DNA from: Fidelibacterota bacterium | Lineage (GTDB): Bacteria; Fidelibacterota; Marinisomatia; Marinisomatales; TCS55 | Assembly (NCBI GenBank): GCA_046861385.1 | Contig: JBHHTW010000022.1 | Span: 1 to 38,827 of the forward strand | Length of the DNA: 38,827 nucleotides | Reading direction: 5' to 3' | In this document: piece after piece, positions 35,772 through 38,827 of the stretch | Layout: each line of letters starts with the position of its first letter | Position numbering within the stretch: the stretch's first letter is position 1 | Translations under genes and position numbers: made by a program | Notes under the pieces: generated by a model | Told to the model about the DNA's origin: nothing | Seen by the model: only the letters and a program-made list of their open reading frames with translations | Database searches by the model: none

Positions 35772-38700
35772 ATGAATATTGCAAAATTTTCAGTTAAGAA
35801 TTCAGTTCTGGTAAATATGTTAATGATAGGGCTGTTTGCCTTTGGTGGATTCTCGTTGATGCAGTTGCCCAGGGAACTTAATCCGAATATTGATTTTAAC
35901 TGGGTTTTTGTTACTGTTCCTTATCCGGGAGCGGCACCGACAGAAACTGAGAACCTCATTGTTGATCCCATCGAAGATGAAATTAAGGATATTGAAAAAA
36001 TTTCTGAGATACAATCTACCAGTGGCGAAGGTTTTGGATTTCTATTAATAAAATTCGGAGATATGTCCGCTAATGAGTTCAGCAAAAAATTATCCGAAGT
36101 TAAATCAGAAATCGACAAGGTATATTTACCGGAAGATGCGGAAGATCCGTTTATCGATGATTTTAGCAGTAGCGATTTTGTACCTGTAATTACAGTGAAT
36201 ATGGCATTCTCAATCCCTGAAGAAAATGCATTTAAAATCGCTGACGAATTAGAAGACGAATTAACGGATTTACCCGGAATTTCCAAAGTTCAGGTTTCAG
36301 GTTTTGCCCAAAGAGAAATATGGATTGAAGTTGATCCATCAAAACTCAATACATACAGTATTTCATTTGATGAAATCGTCCTGGCATTGAAAATCAGGAA
36401 TTTAAACGTCCCCGGTGGGAATATTACCATCGGTAAAACAGAATACTTAATACGATCACTGGGAGAGTATCAATCGCTAGATGAAATCAAGCATACCATT
36501 ATACGGAAATCCCCAAGCGGCGAATTCATCAAGATATCCCATGTTGCAACTGTCGTTGATCGTCGTGAAGAATTAAAAATTTTATCGCGTCTTAATGGTG
36601 ATCAATCAGTCACATTTTCTTTATCCAAAAAGAGCGATGCCAATTCGCTCGAAACCATTGATAATATTAAACAGGTCGTCAACAATTTCAGTCAAAAAGC
36701 TCCGGATGGAGTGTCATTTGGCTATACAATGGACAATTCTATCTATATTAATCGTGTATTGAATGTTCTTCGAAACAATGCTGTGATAGGAATGATAATC
36801 ATCATGATAGTCCTGTATGTTTTCCTAGGTAAAAGAAATGCTTTGTTGGCATCTTTGGGTATTCCAATTTCATTTTTTATAACATTTATCTTTATGAGCA
36901 TAACCGGCTATTCTCTGAATGGAAACACTTTATTTGCCTTGGTTATGGTCTTGGGTATCATTGTTGACGATGCGATTATCGTCATTGAAAATTGTCATCG
37001 ATACCGATTAAAAGGGTTTAATTCAGTTGATTCTGCCATAATGGGTACCAAAGAAGTCGTTACCCCAATTTTATCATCCATTGGTACCAATATCGCTGCA
37101 TTTTTACCATTGATTTTACTGACAGGTATTATGGGAAAATTCATGAGAATAATACCCTTTGTCTTTTCGTTGGCATTAATCGCATCTATGTTTGAAGCAT
37201 TTTTTCTTTTACCCTCTCATTATGCAGATTGGACATTGAAGTCAAAGGAACATAAAAAAGGTGACCGGAAATTTTTTATTCGTTTTAGAAAAAAATATCG
37301 ACGATTATTGGTCAAAGTTTTAAGGCGCAGATATTTAGTGATCATCGGATTGATCGTAGTATTACTACTTTCATTCACAGTTATACCACTTGTTGGCGTT
37401 GAACTTTTTGGTGAAGAAGATTTCGACCAGTTTACGGTTTTAATAAAGCTACCTGAAGGGACAAGTTTGGAAGAGACGGATCGGATTGTAAAAAAATTCG
37501 AGAACGCAGCAGAAAATCTTCCACAGGAAGCAATAAAACACATGATTACGAATGTCGGTTTAATTCAAGCAAACGAAGAATGGTTGACCAAGAAGAATGT
37601 TGCTCAGATTATGTTTCAGTTGGAACCAAATGAAACCCGTGAAATATCGACAAAGACTTTAATACGTATGATGGAAGAAAATGTTAAAACAATCAGCGGG
37701 CCGACTTCAGTTGAGTTTGAAGAGGTTACAGGTGGACCACCGGTTGGAAAAGACATCTCAATAAAAGTACAGGGCAGGTACTTATCCAATATTAAAAATG
37801 CAGCACTGGCGCTCCAGGATTCATTAAAATTATTTGAAGGCGTCAGCGGTATCAATGATAATTACCCTGCCGGGAAAAGTGAAATAAAGATTATTGCCGA
37901 TGAAGAAAAAGCCGCTTTGTACGGATTTAATATACAAACGGTCGCTATGTTTGTCCGTTCTGCATTTGATGGAATTAAAGCAACAGAATTTCGAGACGCT
38001 GACGAAGAGATAGATGTTATTGTCAGGTACGATGCAGCCAATCGAAAATCCCTCGATGATGTTCTTAATTTACGTGTGACCAATAATATGGGACAAACGG
38101 TCGCTCTTCGCGATATTGTGAAATTTGAAATAAAGCCAGGGCCAACAGAAATTAACAGATTTGATCAAAAAAGGACAATAATGGTCACAGCGAATGTTGA
38201 CAAATCCATTATTACGATTGACAAAGTGAGTAGTAGATTGAGCAGTGTATTCACTAATATCGAAAGATCCTTTCCAGGTGTATCAATTAAAACCGGAGGT
38301 CAATTTGAAGAATTCGCGAATACGTTTGCAAATATTGGACAGTTGTTTGCACTCAGCCTGATTATAATATTTTTAATCCTGGGAACACAGTTTAATTCCT
38401 ATTCACAACCATTGATTATTTTAACTACGATTCCTTTCTCCCTGATTGGAGCTATGTTAGGATTGTTAATATCAGGTAATCCATTTAGTATTGTTTCAAT
38501 GTTTGGATTCGTTGCTCTAGCCGGGATTGTGGTCAATGATGCAATTGTAATGATCGATTTTATAAATAATCGCCGATCTAATGAGGATATGAGTTCCAAT
38601 CAATACTGGAAAAGTATTATTGACTCCGGTCAAATACGATTAAGACCGATCCTTCTTACATCACTGACAACCATATCAGGGCTATTACCGATGGCGGTTG

Positions 38701-38827
38701 GACTTGGGGGTCAATCCGGGATGTGGGCTCCCCTGGCAAATGTCATTTTATTTGGATTATTGATTTCTACTATTCTCACACTTTTTGTAATTCCGTGTTT
38801 TGTGGCAATACTAGACGATATTAAAAA
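35772..38827 (+). CDS. RND efflux permease (AcrB/AcrD/AcrF family), truncated by the window edge
   Basis: Not in the ORF track. ATG 35772 gives MNIAKFSVKNSVLVNMLMIG…YPGAAPTETENLIVDPIED. Further on: GIIVDDAIIVIEN, AGIVVNDAIVMIDF, RLRPILLTSLTTISGLLP and the end LTLFVIPCFVAILDDIK. The first and last segments are in the same frame (1018 codons). Confidence 0.93.
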   Translation, partial: MNIAKFSVKNSVLVNMLMIGLFAFGGFSLMQLPRELNPNIDFNWVFVTVPYPGAAPTETENLIVDPIEDEIKDIEKISEIQSTSGEGFGFLLIKFGDMSANEFSKKLSEVKSEIDKVYLPEDAEDPFIDDFSSSDFVPVITVNMAFSIPEENAFKIADELEDELTDLPGISKVQVSGFAQREIWIEVDPSKLNTYSISFDEIVLALKIRNLNVPGGNITIGKTEYLIRSLGEYQSLDEIKHTIIRKSPSGEFIKISHVATVVDRREELKILSRLNGDQSVTFSLSKKSDANSLETIDNIKQVVNNFSQKAPDGVSFGYTMDNSIYINRVLNVLRNNAVIGMIIIMIVLYVFLGKRNALLASLGIPISFFITFIFMSITGYSLNGNTLFALVMVLGIIVDDAIIVIENCHRYRLKGFNSVDSAIMGTKEVVTPILSSIGTNIAAFLPLILLTGIMGKFMRIIPFVFSLALIASMFEAFFLLPSHYADWTLKSKEHKKGDRKFFIRFRKKYRRLLVKVLRRRYLVIIGLIVVLLLSFTVIPLVGVELFGEEDFDQFTVLIKLPEGTSLEETDRIVKKFENAAENLPQEAIKHMITNVGLIQANEEWLTKKNVAQIMFQLEPNETREISTKTLIRMMEENVKTISGPTSVEFEEVTGGPPVGKDISIKVQGRYLSNIKNAALALQDSLKLFEGVSGINDNYPAGKSEIKIIADEEKAALYGFNIQTVAMFVRSAFDGIKATEFRDADEEIDVIVRYDAANRKSLDDVLNLRVTNNMGQTVALRDIVKFEIKPGPTEINRFDQKRTIMVTANVDKSIITIDKVSSRLSSVFTNIERSFPGVSIKTGGQFEEFANTFANIGQLFALSLIIIFLILGTQFNSYSQPLIILTTIPFSLIGAMLGLLISGNPFSIVSMFGFVALAGIVVNDAIVMIDFINNRRSNEDMSSNQYWKSIIDSGQIRLRPILLTSLTTISGLLPMAVGLGGQSGMWAPLANVILFGLLISTILTLFVIPCFVAILDDIK

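Noticed and set aside
35820-38599. Six short minus-strand ORFs at the right end
   Set aside because: They are antisense shadows of the + strand RND permease starting at 35772.

Overview
AT-rich, gene-dense bacterial chromosomal DNA from a diderm organism: it encodes a TonB-dependent receptor, TolC and lipoproteins. The gene content resembles FCB-superphylum lineages such as Marinimicrobia/Calditrichota, which is inference only. I found no rRNA, tRNA or CRISPR array. The most notable region is a tightly coupled minus-strand operon (6450 to <1). It encodes a ferric-reductase-type di-heme membrane protein, a membrane-anchored and apparently circularly permuted [4Fe-4S]/TrxR-fold flavoprotein, an FNR-like flavoprotein, a 17-heme cytochrome c, and a giant cytochrome c with at least 23 heme motifs. 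The giant cytochrome is absent from the ORF track because it runs off the left edge. Together these look like an NAD(P)H-to-periplasm electron conduit. Its N-terminus appears to carry a 111-bp in-frame palindromic (RPE/REP-like) insertion, and its visible C-terminal part has a 147-bp tandem duplication. The middle of the window holds DUF2231, a short GlpD-like oxidoreductase, a TBDR/DUF4249 pair, exported BCP and MsrB, thiI, CBM9/DUF5916, an SDR, an acyltransferase, SulP-STAS-cNMP, an SPL-like radical SAM enzyme, a monoheme protein and an orphan PAS kinase. After a decayed IS remnant comes an uncharacterised four-gene cluster: class III aminotransferase, kinase-fold DUF6206-like protein, secernin/C69 Ntn-hydrolase and membrane M28 peptidase. 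The window ends with a stand-alone nucleotidyl cyclase with atypical specificity residues, a perfect 20-bp palindrome, and a TolC-MFP-RND efflux operon whose RND gene (35772 to >38827) is also missing from the ORF track.
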